NCBI GenBank assembly: GCA_949286215.1
Contig: CASDYX010000004.1
Location: 20,001 to 84,000, forward strand
Direction of reading: 5' to 3'
DNA from: an uncultured Pseudomonadota bacterium
GTDB lineage: Bacteria > Pseudomonadota > Alphaproteobacteria > RF32 > CAG-239
Length of the DNA: 64,000 bases
The position numbers and the translations under genes are program-made. How positions within the stretch are numbered: the first letter of the stretch is position 1; the number at the start of each line of letters is the position of its first letter. Under the pieces are notes generated by a model. The model did no database searches and had not been told where the DNA came from. It was given only the letters and a program-made list of their open reading frames with translations. Shown here in pieces: positions 46,792 to 56,493 of the stretch.

Positions 46792-47142
46792 ATGAAAAAA
46801 ATTTTTGTTAATCTGGCAATGGCGCTAATAGTTTTGGCGTCACCAGTATTCATTACAGAAGAATTTAGCATATGGAACTTTCCGTATGTTATTTATTTTT
46901 TCTGTTTGCTTATGACGGCTTGCGCGCCGTTTTTAAGCATAAATAGAGAAAATCCCAAAGATAACCTTTTTATCTTGGGGATTAATATGGTCATGATGGT
47001 CATATTGGCCATACCGGCTGCTTTCTCGTGCTATCGAGAAGTCCATCTAATTTTTTTGGGAATAGGTGGAATTGGAGCCGCCATATCTTTCGGGGTATCA
47101 ATGCTCCGAATAAGACTTCAAAAAAAATACCATAGAGCCTAA
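46792..47142 (+). CDS. Small four-TM membrane protein, hypothetical
   Basis: It is 116 aa with four hydrophobic segments. Confidence 0.45.
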   Translation: MKKIFVNLAMALIVLASPVFITEEFSIWNFPYVIYFFCLLMTACAPFLSINRENPKDNLFILGINMVMMVILAIPAAFSCYREVHLIFLGIGGIGAAISFGVSMLRIRLQKKYHRA

Positions 47143-47169
47143 GCTTTATGGTATTTTTTTGTTCTGCTT

Positions 47170-48279
47170 TTATGCTTTGGAAGCGAGTTTATCCAAGAAG
47201 CGTTTTTGAATCTCGGCTAGTTTTTGAACCGAATCGATTTCAACATATTCGCCATTGGCGTGCATGCCCTCACCCGTGCCAGAGTTCATAATCACGATTG
47301 AGCCCTTTACAGCAAAAGCTCTTGAATCCGTTGCGCCACCGATTTGTTCAAAAAACATCTTTTGTCCCAGAACTTCTTCTGCCAAAGTTTTATAGGCTTG
47401 GATATATTCATTCTTCGGATCCATCACAACCGGTGTGCTGGAAGAGACAATCTTGTAGCTCACGCCTTTTTCCATGCATTTTTTTAGGTTCTTTTCCAGA
47501 TTTTTGACGGTCGAATCCTCGGTCAAGCGAAAGTCCAGCAAAGCCTCGGCATAATTGGAAATGACGTTGGAGACTTGTCCACCCTCGATTTTGGCAAAGT
47601 GAACCGTATCAATCCAAGTATCTTTCGGCTTTTTGGTTTCTTTGGAATAATAAGGATAAATCTCACGAATATTATTTAATGTATGCAATAATTTTTCGTT
47701 AGCATCTATGCCTTCCCAAGGAGTGGAACCATGCGCTTCTTTTCCCTCGGCAATGATTTTTACAAAAACCGGATTTTTGCATTTATTGACAATACTTAAA
47801 ATATTGCCCCCGACATCATTATCCAAAACGATTTTTGCTTTAATATCTTTGTGCGCTTCTAAGAAAGCTTCCGTTCCTTTACTGCCTTTTTCTTCATCGC
47901 TGGAGAGGATAATACCAAATTTTAAATTCAGCTTATTCTCCAAGACATGAAACATTGAATTAAATGCCACCGCGGCAAAAGATTTCATATCCAATGTTCC
48001 ACGGCCATACATACGTCCGTCTTTAATAACCGGTGTAAACATTTCATCTGTTGCCGGAACGACATCTAAATGCCCCAGACACAAAACATCAAACTTATCG
48101 GCATCGGTATTGCGGATATATAAAACCGGCGCAACGCCTTCTTTTTCAAAAATTTCTACCTTGGCATCCGTCTTGGCAAATAAAATTTTGCAATATTCAA
48201 AACATTGTTTGATTTCAGGAATATTCCCCGTTTCGGTGCGAAACTTGATTAAATCAGTAATGATGTTGATTAAATCCAT
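47170..48279 (-). CDS. M20-family metallopeptidase (ArgE/DapE-like)
   Basis: The motifs HLDVV and GRGTLDMK are present. The likely start is ATG at 48279 with AAGGA 8 nt upstream; the track start at 48297 is TTG. Confidence 0.7.
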   Translation of the reverse strand: MDLINIITDLIKFRTETGNIPEIKQCFEYCKILFAKTDAKVEIFEKEGVAPVLYIRNTDADKFDVLCLGHLDVVPATDEMFTPVIKDGRMYGRGTLDMKSFAAVAFNSMFHVLENKLNLKFGIILSSDEEKGSKGTEAFLEAHKDIKAKIVLDNDVGGNILSIVNKCKNPVFVKIIAEGKEAHGSTPWEGIDANEKLLHTLNNIREIYPYYSKETKKPKDTWIDTVHFAKIEGGQVSNVISNYAEALLDFRLTEDSTVKNLEKNLKKCMEKGVSYKIVSSSTPVVMDPKNEYIQAYKTLAEEVLGQKMFFEQIGGATDSRAFAVKGSIVIMNSGTGEGMHANGEYVEIDSVQKLAEIQKRFLDKLASKA

Positions 48280-48385
48280 GTTTTTTGTCCTTATCAAATT
48301 GTGAAACTTTACGTTTTATTCATCTTATTTAAGTATGATTACGCTAAATATAATAAGAAATAATTAAAATGTGAGAGTGGTCTGT

Positions 48386-48892
48386 ATGAAAGCTGTATTT
48401 TTTAGTTTATTAGCCGCGGTTATGGTCGCTTTTCCGGCTCTGGCTCAAGATGCTCAAGATGAAAGCGAAAGCGGTTTGGCTCTGCCCAGAATGGTATCTT
48501 TGCGCTCTAACCTCATTAATGCTCGTTCCGGTCCGGGGGCCAGATATCCGATTGAATGGGTCTATATGCAAAAAGGCGCTCCGGTTGAAATCGTTGCCGA
48601 ATTTGAACTTTGGCGCAAAATTAAAGACTGGCAAGGCTCCGAATCTTGGGTACATAAATCCATGCTTTCAGGAAAACGCACAATTAAGATGACAACTCCG
48701 GGCGAAAGCAATGTTTATGACAAACCTGACTTTACTTCTCCGGTTGTGGCCAAAGTGGAAGATGAGGTAGTCGGAAACATCAAAAAATGTCCGGCCGGAA
48801 GCCAATTCTGCTTAATTAGCTTTGGGGCTTATGAAGGCTGGGTTCCGAGAAGCAATTTCTTTGGTGTTTACCCAAAAGAAGAAATTAAATAA
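48386..48892 (+). CDS. Secreted SH3b-like domain protein
   Basis: It has a signal peptide MKAVFFSLLAAVMVAFPALA and two SH3-like segments. Confidence 0.55.
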   Translation: MKAVFFSLLAAVMVAFPALAQDAQDESESGLALPRMVSLRSNLINARSGPGARYPIEWVYMQKGAPVEIVAEFELWRKIKDWQGSESWVHKSMLSGKRTIKMTTPGESNVYDKPDFTSPVVAKVEDEVVGNIKKCPAGSQFCLISFGAYEGWVPRSNFFGVYPKEEIK

Positions 48893-48894
48893 TC

Positions 48895-48928
48895 ACAAAA
48901 AAAGGAGGTTTGACCTCCTTTTTTTATT
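48895..48928. terminator. Bidirectional intrinsic terminator
   Basis: The stem aaaggagg / cctccttt has loop tttga and is flanked by A- and T-runs. Confidence 0.6.
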
Positions 48929-49490
48929 CTAAAAATTCAATACGCGTTAAGGTCGCTTCAAATCCTTCGTGTTGCGGAGAGCAAACAAAAGCTCCGACTT
49001 TGACTTCGGGTTGGTCTTTCAATAAATGCAACATTCTCATTTGGCGAAAATTCTGACCGTCAAAAGAATATGAAATGACATAATCCCCCTTATGGCGTTT
49101 GATTTTGTAATACATTTCTTCTACACCGGCAGGAATATCGATATTTGCCCAATCAGAATAGCCGTTATTGGTGACACAACTCCCTATCATCGGGTATTGC
49201 GGTGCATCATACATTATTGATGCCTTAAACCAATTTTTTTCATCAATACGCAACATTATGCCACATTGGTCAAACCGACCGTTGATTTGAAATTTCCACC
49301 CCACAACAAAGCTAAAATCATCATAACGGCGCGTATAAAAGAAATGTCCGTTATCTTTAGATACACGATGATGTGCCGACTGCCAAAAATCCGTCTTATT
49401 GTGGGTTAAAACCCGCATACCGGTTTCTTCAAAATTCACATCCAACGGCTCGTTTAGCCATTCAAAGTCTCGCAAGGCATCAAGAAGCAT
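48924..49490 (-). CDS. Hypothetical protein, DUF1349-like beta-sandwich
   Basis: It is 188 aa. The family assignment is tentative. Confidence 0.45.
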   Translation of the reverse strand: MLLDALRDFEWLNEPLDVNFEETGMRVLTHNKTDFWQSAHHRVSKDNGHFFYTRRYDDFSFVVGWKFQINGRFDQCGIMLRIDEKNWFKASIMYDAPQYPMIGSCVTNNGYSDWANIDIPAGVEEMYYKIKRHKGDYVISYSFDGQNFRQMRMLHLLKDQPEVKVGAFVCSPQHEGFEATLTRIEFLE

Positions 49491-50437
49491 TAAAAGTTCC
49501 TTACATTTTCATCGGCAAGGGATGATAATACTTTTTCCAGCTCTGCATTTTTGGTCTTTGGCGCAACAATCTTTAATGTTACGATTTCATCGCCTTGTGC
49601 TGTTTTGGTCTTCATGCCTTTGCCTTTGAGGCGCAACTTCTCTCCACTGGTCGAATAAGGCGGAACAGTTACCGCTACTTTACCACTGATGGTCGGAATC
49701 GTAATCTTTGCGCCTAAAACCGCTTCTTTCATGGTTATCGGAAGTTCTAACAAAATATTCAAACCATCGGCCGTAAAATATGGGTGTGGCGCAACATTCA
49801 GCGTAATGAGGACATCTCCGTTTTCGCCCCCGTTATAGCCAACATCGCCTAAGCCTTTAAGACGTAAAGTTTGACCATTTTGGGTGCCGGAAGGAATTTT
49901 GACGTTAATATTTTTACCATTCAGATTTACTGTTCGCTCTGCGCCCTGAGCAGCCGTCAGAAAATCAATCTGCATGGTATAGTTGATGTCTTGCCCTCGA
50001 CGTGCACGACGCCCATAGCCAGAAAAGCCACCTTGTTGAGCCCCGCCAAACTGAGAAAAAATATCTTCACCAAAAATTGAGGAGAAATCAAAACCTCCGG
50101 CGTTGCCGCCTCTAAATCCTCCGGCGCCAAACGGATTGCCCCCGCTCCCAAACGGATTTCCACCCGTGTAGCTGTAATTACCTCCGCCAAAACCGGCTCC
50201 AAATCCCGTGGGTTTGCCATCGGCATCTATTTCGCCGTTATCATATTTCTTACGCTTATCGGCATTGCCCAAAATATCATAAGCACAAGAAATTTCTTTG
50301 AATTTTTCGGCTGCTGATTTGTCATCCTTATTCAAGTCAGGATGATATTTACGCGCTAATTTTCTATATGCTGATTTAATTTCGGCATCAGAGGCTTCTT
50401 TTGAAACCCCTAAAACATGATATAAATTTTTATTCAT
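49490..50437 (-). CDS. cbpA: J-domain co-chaperone: J domain, G/F-rich region and DnaJ C-terminal domain, with no zinc finger (CbpA-like)
   Basis: The HPD motif is in [17 protein letters not shown] Gly/Phe-rich linker and a C-terminal substrate-binding domain follow. Confidence 0.75.
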   Translation of the reverse strand: MNKNLYHVLGVSKEASDAEIKSAYRKLARKYHPDLNKDDKSAAEKFKEISCAYDILGNADKRKKYDNGEIDADGKPTGFGAGFGGGNYSYTGGNPFGSGGNPFGAGGFRGGNAGGFDFSSIFGEDIFSQFGGAQQGGFSGYGRRARRGQDINYTMQIDFLTAAQGAERTVNLNGKNINVKIPSGTQNGQTLRLKGLGDVGYNGGENGDVLITLNVAPHPYFTADGLNILLELPITMKEAVLGAKITIPTISGKVAVTVPPYSTSGEKLRLKGKGMKTKTAQGDEIVTLKIVAPKTKNAELEKVLSSLADENVRNF

Positions 50438-50486
50438 CTTCTGTTTAGCACTCCTTCCTTCTTATTTTTTATATAGGAAGAGCCGC

Positions 50487-50804
50487 TTAATTTTGCAACT
50501 CTAAGCAATCAAAAGTCGCACGACGTGAAAAATTGCGATACAAAACCGTATCATGCAGATAAGCATGTTTATTCCCTTGCTCTTGGCAGTAGCGTGACGC
50601 TAAAAATGCCAACTCATCTATACGTACATCTTTATACTCGTATGTGATGTAATATGGGGTTTTCTCTTTAATTACCACATTTTGAAAAAAGCGTTCATAA
50701 TCAGAATCATAAGCCTGTTTTACAGATGCTTTTTCGGTAGATGAGAAAGCACATCCAACAATCAAAGGAAAGATTAAGAATAGTGTTTTTAGTTTATTTT
50801 TCAT
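50487..50804 (-). CDS. Small lipoprotein, hypothetical
   Basis: The lipobox is LIVGC in MKNKLKTLFLIFPLIVGCAFS. Confidence 0.5.
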   Translation of the reverse strand: MKNKLKTLFLIFPLIVGCAFSSTEKASVKQAYDSDYERFFQNVVIKEKTPYYITYEYKDVRIDELAFLASRYCQEQGNKHAYLHDTVLYRNFSRRATFDCLELQN

Positions 50805-51024
50805 GGTTTTCTTTCTCTTTATTTGAGAATATCACAGACTTTATTTCAGGTGTGGGTTCCGGAACATTTTCTGAAATATTTTCTACACGCTCAAAGCCTT
50901 CCATTGCATGCAAGCGTTGGCGCATATTTAGTATTTTTTCTCGAAAATATTCTGCGTTTTCCATGGTTATCTCTTTATTCGTTTTCTTTATTGTTTATGA
51001 TAGCATTTTATCCTTAATGCTTTA

Positions 51025-51333
51025 TTAATCAAGCAAACGATAAATATCTTGTCCCGCTTTTTCTAAGATTTGTTGAACCTTGGTGTTGGTGGTGTTTTTG
51101 GTGCGAGTATTTTGCAACTTATTTAACATTCTTTGTAATTTTTGATTAAATGCCCGATTTTGGCGTAGGCTTTCTACATCCTTGATGATTTCTTCATCAT
51201 TGATTTTATAATTCACCACCGCTTTAAGAGTTGCTATATATTGTGCATCTTTTTGAGCGCTAAACTGAGCTGAGGCTTCTTTACTTACCAAAAATACACT
51301 CAAACAAATAATGCTTAACAGAATTTTACGCAT
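51025..51333 (-). CDS. Small secreted protein, hypothetical
   Basis: It has a signal peptide MRKILLSIICLSVFLVSKEASA. Confidence 0.45.
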   Translation of the reverse strand: MRKILLSIICLSVFLVSKEASAQFSAQKDAQYIATLKAVVNYKINDEEIIKDVESLRQNRAFNQKLQRMLNKLQNTRTKNTTNTKVQQILEKAGQDIYRLLD

Positions 51334-51421
51334 AACAACCTCCCAAAATTTGTTGCTTTTACTTTTATTTATATTAGCATAACTCTTATTCTTTGCTAAT
51401 GTATTTTATGAGTTATTAAAT

Positions 51422-52396
51422 ATGAAAAAATGTATTTGGGCCCTTCTTGACAATCGAATGGGAAGTGTCGGGCAGATTAAAGGCGTGCTCAATGAGTTAA
51501 ACCCTAACGCCTATGATATCAAAGAAAAGCAAATTAAATATACTAAGTTGGCTGCTTTACCGAATTTGCTCAAAGGAGCTTCTTTGTTGGGCGTGGAAAA
51601 AGAAAGCATTGCTCAAATTAATTCTGATTTTCCCGATATTGTTCTATCTGCCAGTCGTCGTACAGCTCCGATTGCTCTTTGGATTAAAAAGAAATCTCCC
51701 AAAACAAAAATTGTGCAACTTTTGCATCCTGACGTATCTAAGTCAAATCTCCTTAAATTTGACCGAATCTTTTTACCTGAACATGATAAATACAAAAAAT
51801 CTAAAGGAAATTGTTTTTATACTATCGGGTCTCCTCACAAAGTATCACAACGTGTGTTGGTTGAAGCGCGGGAAAAATGGCAAAAAGTATTCGCCAAACT
51901 CCCCAAACCGTTAACCGCAGTTATTATTGGCGGAAGTATTAAAGGAAAACCTTTTACCCTCAAAAACGCTGAAGCCTTAGCTTTAGAAATTAAAAATTTG
52001 AAAGAAAGAATCGGCGGCTCTTTGTTGGTTACTGATTCCAGACGCACAGGTGATGAGGCCGAAAAAATAATTATGAGTTATCTCAAAGATATTCCTGCGC
52101 ATACCTTTCTTTGGGGAAGCAAGGATGAAAATCCTCTCCTTGGATACTATGCTTGCGCTGATAATATTGTGGTAACCGGAGATTCTGTTTCTATGGCTTG
52201 CGAATCTTGCGGAACAGGTTGCCCTGTTTTCGTTTTTTGCGGTGAAAAATGGCTCACACAAAAGCATTTACGCTTTGTTCAGTCTTTATATGACGGAGGA
52301 TATGCCGTTCCACTACAAAAGGGCTGCGAAAAATTTAAGGGCGGGAAAATTCTCTTCCCCGCCGCACAAATTGCACAAGACATTGATTCTTTATAG
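51422..52396 (+). CDS. ELM1/DUF1022-like putative glycosyltransferase-fold protein
   Basis: It is 324 aa with the conserved alphaproteobacterial ELM1-like layout. The assignment is tentative. Confidence 0.45.
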   Translation: MKKCIWALLDNRMGSVGQIKGVLNELNPNAYDIKEKQIKYTKLAALPNLLKGASLLGVEKESIAQINSDFPDIVLSASRRTAPIALWIKKKSPKTKIVQLLHPDVSKSNLLKFDRIFLPEHDKYKKSKGNCFYTIGSPHKVSQRVLVEAREKWQKVFAKLPKPLTAVIIGGSIKGKPFTLKNAEALALEIKNLKERIGGSLLVTDSRRTGDEAEKIIMSYLKDIPAHTFLWGSKDENPLLGYYACADNIVVTGDSVSMACESCGTGCPVFVFCGEKWLTQKHLRFVQSLYDGGYAVPLQKGCEKFKGGKILFPAAQIAQDIDSL

Positions 52397-53179
52397 AAAA
52401 TCAGAATATTTTGGTGCTTCCTCAAACATTTTTGGGCGTTTAACCGCAACTACTTTTTGATACATTCCGCCAAAGTAACGCGTACGGTGCCATATATAAT
52501 CCAAATTATCTTTAGCAAAAGTATCTATTCCTCTATCCCATAATTTTTCGGCAAAAGGTTGATACAAGCGATTAAACATTCTCACAACATATCTTAACGG
52601 GTGCCAATAGTTCGGTTGCGAGTAGTCTATAAATATGACTTTGCCATTTTCTTTAATGGCATGCAAAGCATTTTCAACCACTTTAATTTTGCTGGCAATA
52701 GGCAATTCATGCAACAGCATAAAACATACAACCGCATCATATTCTCCTTCTATCCCATCTTCTGCATTGGCACGGATAAAATGCATTTGCGGGTATGGGG
52801 TTTCATATTTCCCTTCCAGACGGCTCAGTTGAGTGCCGTTTACATCCATTACATCTAAATGCCCATAATAGCCGACACTGTCTGCCAACTCAGCGAGTTG
52901 ATTACCAAAAGTACCGCCTAATTGCAAAACTTTGCTATGCATATCTATTTCATTGCAACAAGCTCGAACCAATTTTGAATAAGTGCCAAATGTAACGATA
53001 TTGAGCAACAAATTGTTATCCAACAAAGAACTCCACTTTACACTATTGTACAGCTTGGAATAAAACAGACGCTGATATAAGGGGATTGAAACTTCTTTGG
53101 GCGCCTGAAAAGTAGGTTCTCGTGAAATTACATCTTCTTCTGCTTCTTCTTGGTCAATATCACTTATCAATTTTATCAT
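52391..53179 (-). CDS. Class I SAM-methyltransferase-fold protein with an atypical motif I (UbiE/RquA-like)
   Basis: Motif I is VLQLGGTFG rather than the canonical GxGxG. Motifs II/III are HFIRANAED...DAVVCFMLLHEL...GKVIFIDY. Confidence 0.5.
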   Translation of the reverse strand: MIKLISDIDQEEAEEDVISREPTFQAPKEVSIPLYQRLFYSKLYNSVKWSSLLDNNLLLNIVTFGTYSKLVRACCNEIDMHSKVLQLGGTFGNQLAELADSVGYYGHLDVMDVNGTQLSRLEGKYETPYPQMHFIRANAEDGIEGEYDAVVCFMLLHELPIASKIKVVENALHAIKENGKVIFIDYSQPNYWHPLRYVVRMFNRLYQPFAEKLWDRGIDTFAKDNLDYIWHRTRYFGGMYQKVVAVKRPKMFEEAPKYSDFL

Positions 53180-53528
53180 TTTTTGGTTCCTTCTTATTCA
53201 GAATGTTTTCAACCTGCTTGGCTTCTTGCTCAAATAATTCGCTTATGTGAGATAATCTGGAATTGATAATCTCTATCCCGCCACCGGCTTGGAGATGTTC
53301 TTCCATTTGCTTGCAAGCTAAGACAAAATCATTCATTCCAAATGTTTTGCCTCCAGCTTGACGTGAATGAAAAAAATTTTGCAACAAATCTTTTTCGGAT
53401 TGCAACACCCATCGTGAAAGCCTGGAATACAAACCGTCCCTTGTTTCTGTCTTGTATATATTCCAGAGTTCGGTCGTTTTAGCTTGACCTAACTGCTTTT
53501 GGTATTCTTGCAAAATAGCATTACTCAT
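53160..53528 (-). CDS. Hypothetical 122-aa protein, possibly an Hpt-like phosphotransfer protein
   Basis: It contains HSRQAGGKTFG, which resembles the Hpt motif H..KG....G. It overlaps the upstream response-regulator gene by 4 nt. Confidence 0.35.
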   Translation of the reverse strand: MSNAILQEYQKQLGQAKTTELWNIYKTETRDGLYSRLSRWVLQSEKDLLQNFFHSRQAGGKTFGMNDFVLACKQMEEHLQAGGGIEIINSRLSHISELFEQEAKQVENILNKKEPKNDKIDK

Positions 53529-54166
53529 GATTTTATCAATCCTTGACGTTCGGCTTCTCTAACAGCGCCGGTTCGATTGTTAACATTGAGCAATTTTAAT
53601 ATCGCCGTAACATGGAGTTTAACCGTACCTTCACTCAAGCCTAACTCATAAGCAATCACTTTATTGGACTTGCCTTCGGCTACTTTTTCCAAAACTTCAA
53701 TTTGACGAGGAGTTAATACGTTTTGCTCCGAATTTTGGTTTGAATCCATATTCATCTCAGTTTGAAGCTTGCTATTCAATAATTCAGGCGGAATATAAAC
53801 GCCTCCCGATAAAACCAAATTTATCGCACTGATAATGACCATATTAGATGATGTTTTAGGAATATAGCCAGAAACGCCCAAATCAATGGTTTTTTGAACA
53901 ATCTCTTTATCAAAAACTGCAGATAGCACTATTATCGGCGTATCGGGCAACTCATGATGTATTTGTTGCAGCGAATCCTGCCATTTCCCGCCAGGCATGG
54001 CCAAATCTGTCATTACAAGAGAAAAATTATGGTCTTTTTCTAAAATATGGAAAATATCTGAATAACTATGAGCAAAAACCAAATCTATGCCGGAATAGTT
54101 TTCTTTTAGAACAAATTCCAATCCCTTCAAAAATAAATCATGGTCATCAGCTACTAAAAAGCGCAT
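53525..54166 (-). CDS. Two-component response regulator of the NarL/FixJ family (REC + LuxR HTH)
   Basis: It has FLVADDHDL...MTDLAMPGG...GVSGYIPK and LTPRQIEVLEKVAEGKSNKVIAYELGLSEGTVKLHV. Confidence 0.85.
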   Translation of the reverse strand: MRFLVADDHDLFLKGLEFVLKENYSGIDLVFAHSYSDIFHILEKDHNFSLVMTDLAMPGGKWQDSLQQIHHELPDTPIIVLSAVFDKEIVQKTIDLGVSGYIPKTSSNMVIISAINLVLSGGVYIPPELLNSKLQTEMNMDSNQNSEQNVLTPRQIEVLEKVAEGKSNKVIAYELGLSEGTVKLHVTAILKLLNVNNRTGAVREAERQGLIKS

Positions 54167-54909
54167 TAGATTTGCTCCTTATAATTTACCCAATCGCCAC
54201 TTAAAGCCTGCCAACAGCTTAAAGCTGATACAACTGCCGTTTCGGCACGCAAAATTCTGGGGCCCAGAGTTACTCCGGTTGCGAAATCTAATTGACGCAA
54301 AAGCTTTAACTCATCTTCGCTAAAACCGCCCTCCGGACCAACTAAAATTGCTATTGGCGCAGAGGCTTGAGAAAAGGCTTCTCTTACAGGGGTTCCGGTT
54401 CGGCTTTCATCCATATAATAAAGACGACGAGAAGAATCCCAATTTGATAAAATTTCAGACAAAGATTTTGCAGACACAACTTCGGGAATATCGAGCCGAC
54501 GACATTGTTCTGCGGCTTCAATGCTTTGAGCGACAAATCTTTCGGTTTTGGTTTTATCGCTGATGGTATAGCGGGTAATAGTGGGAATTAATTTGCTTAC
54601 CCCTAACTCCACCGATTTTTGAATAACAAAATCTGTTTGGTCTTTTTTTAGCGGTGCAAACAAAAGCCAAACATCCGGCGAGGCTATAAAATTTCTGTGC
54701 TTTTGTAATATTTTGGCCTCAACATGTTTTTTGGCTTGTTTTGTTATTTGCAATTCATATTCACCACTCGTTCCGTCAAAGCCCAAAAATTTGTCATCCG
54801 CTTTTAACTTCATAACATTACACAAATAATGGCTTTGCGCTTCGGACAATTCAAGTGTTTGTCCGAGAGAAAGAGGGGTATTTATAAACAAACGTATTGT
54901 TGAAGCCAA
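54166..54909 (-). CDS. rsmE: 16S rRNA (uracil1498-N3)-methyltransferase
   Basis: The motifs GPEGGFS and LGPRILRAETA are present. It is 247 aa. Confidence 0.8.
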   Translation of the reverse strand: MASTIRLFINTPLSLGQTLELSEAQSHYLCNVMKLKADDKFLGFDGTSGEYELQITKQAKKHVEAKILQKHRNFIASPDVWLLFAPLKKDQTDFVIQKSVELGVSKLIPTITRYTISDKTKTERFVAQSIEAAEQCRRLDIPEVVSAKSLSEILSNWDSSRRLYYMDESRTGTPVREAFSQASAPIAILVGPEGGFSEDELKLLRQLDFATGVTLGPRILRAETAVVSALSCWQALSGDWVNYKEQI

Positions 54910-54913
54910 TTTC

Positions 54914-55567
54914 TTACTCTACTTTAATGACTATTAATTTTGTTTCCAATACTTGAATATTATCCGGATTTCCAACATCTAAACAATCAAAATAAACTGT
55001 TTCTTGACCTGGAGCTTTTGCTTTAAATACTACATGAAAAAATCCATCTTCAGTGCGTTCCGATAAATATTCAAGAGATTGAAATTCTTTATCAAAATTC
55101 CATTTCAAATTAGATGATGTTCTTAATTTTAAATCAATCGTATGTCCCATACCCAGTGTAGCTTTAGAGGTTGGCTCCGTAATTGTGAATATTACATCTT
55201 CATAGGTTTTGGGTTGTGCCTTTTCAGCATTAGCTGCTGAATTTTCAGCCTTTTCTTCTTTGTTGCCACTAAAATAAGCATTGGCTATTCCTTTATAGTC
55301 TATCGGAGTATTGACGTTTGATGAGCTCCCCTGAGGAACTGTTGCCAAAACGGAATTTTCACTCTCTTGTCTTGCTTGTTCTGCTTGTTGAGCGGCTTGT
55401 TCCTGCTCCATTTGCTCTCTTGCAACTTGTTCTGCATAGGTTTCCTCAAAACCTCCCATTTCCTGAACTTGAGGCGTTTCTCCTTGAGAATCTACGGCTT
55501 GAGCTTGTACTTTTCCACACATAAAACTTAATAGCAACGCTAAACCTAAAACCTTTATTTGAGACAT
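54914..55567 (-). CDS. Secreted protein, hypothetical
   Basis: It has a signal peptide MSQIKVLGLALLLSFMCGKVQA and a Q/E-rich region. Confidence 0.5.
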   Translation of the reverse strand: MSQIKVLGLALLLSFMCGKVQAQAVDSQGETPQVQEMGGFEETYAEQVAREQMEQEQAAQQAEQARQESENSVLATVPQGSSSNVNTPIDYKGIANAYFSGNKEEKAENSAANAEKAQPKTYEDVIFTITEPTSKATLGMGHTIDLKLRTSSNLKWNFDKEFQSLEYLSERTEDGFFHVVFKAKAPGQETVYFDCLDVGNPDNIQVLETKLIVIKVE

Positions 55568-55677
55568 TTGTCCTCCTCGTTTTAAAAGCTCTGTATAACC
55601 TATTTAATCTCTGTTAATTTATAACAGATATGTTAATGAATAGATAAAATTTTGTAAAGACTTTAAGGTAATAACAA

Positions 55678-56334
55678 ATGATTATAACTATTGATGGTCC
55701 GGCCGCTGCCGGAAAAGGTACTCTTGCGGCTCAATTGGCTCAAAAATATAAATTGGCTTATTTTGATACCGGAATGGTTTATCGAGCTGTCGGCTTGTTG
55801 ATGAGACTTAATCATTTTGACCTTAATGATGAAAGTAAAGCCGAAAATTTGGCTCAAAAACTTACTTTTCCGCAAATGATGGAACTCTCTCAAAATTCTG
55901 AATTCAGAAGCTCTGAAGGCGGGGTGGCTGCTTCTATCGTATCTTCTCAACCTAAAGTGCGCGCCGCTTTGCTTAAGATGCAACAAGATTTTGCTCTTAA
56001 ACCGGTTTTTGCAGACGGAACACCTGCAAACGGCGCAATCTATGACGGAAGAGATACCGGAACGGTTGTGTGCCCTAATGCGGATGTTAAGTTTTTTATT
56101 ACTGCTTCTACGGAAGTGCGCGCCAAACGTCGTTTTGAAGAACTTAAAACAAAAGGGAAAGACACTCCGTTTGAAAAAGTTTTGCAAGATATGATTGAAC
56201 GCGATGAACGTGATGCAAAAAGGGCAACGGCTCCCATGAAACCTGCTGAAGATGCTTATATTTTTGACACCTCGGCTTTGAGTATTCAAGAAGTTGTTCA
56301 AAAGGCTGAAGAAATTATTGAAAACAAGCACTAA
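55678..56334 (+). CDS. cmk: Cytidylate kinase
   Basis: The P-loop is IITIDGPAAAGKGT. The cmk-rpsA synteny is present. Confidence 0.9.
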   Translation: MIITIDGPAAAGKGTLAAQLAQKYKLAYFDTGMVYRAVGLLMRLNHFDLNDESKAENLAQKLTFPQMMELSQNSEFRSSEGGVAASIVSSQPKVRAALLKMQQDFALKPVFADGTPANGAIYDGRDTGTVVCPNADVKFFITASTEVRAKRRFEELKTKGKDTPFEKVLQDMIERDERDAKRATAPMKPAEDAYIFDTSALSIQEVVQKAEEIIENKH

Positions 56335-56493
56335 AAATAAGCCTTAACACAAAGAAAATACTTGAAATTTTAAATTTTGACTGTATAAATATCCTAACTT
56401 TAGGTATATGGGTGCGCATTACCTATCGATTTAACTCGCACAAGTCCGTTTCTTTTTTATCTGAAATCGGCATTTTTGAAATTAATTTTTTAT

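Noticed and set aside
55663-56334. ORFs of 222 aa and 65 aa on the minus strand antisense to cmk, and ORFs 56548..56916 and 57064..57594 antisense to rpsA
   Set aside because: The sense-strand genes are unambiguous conserved housekeeping genes, so the antisense frames are chance open frames.
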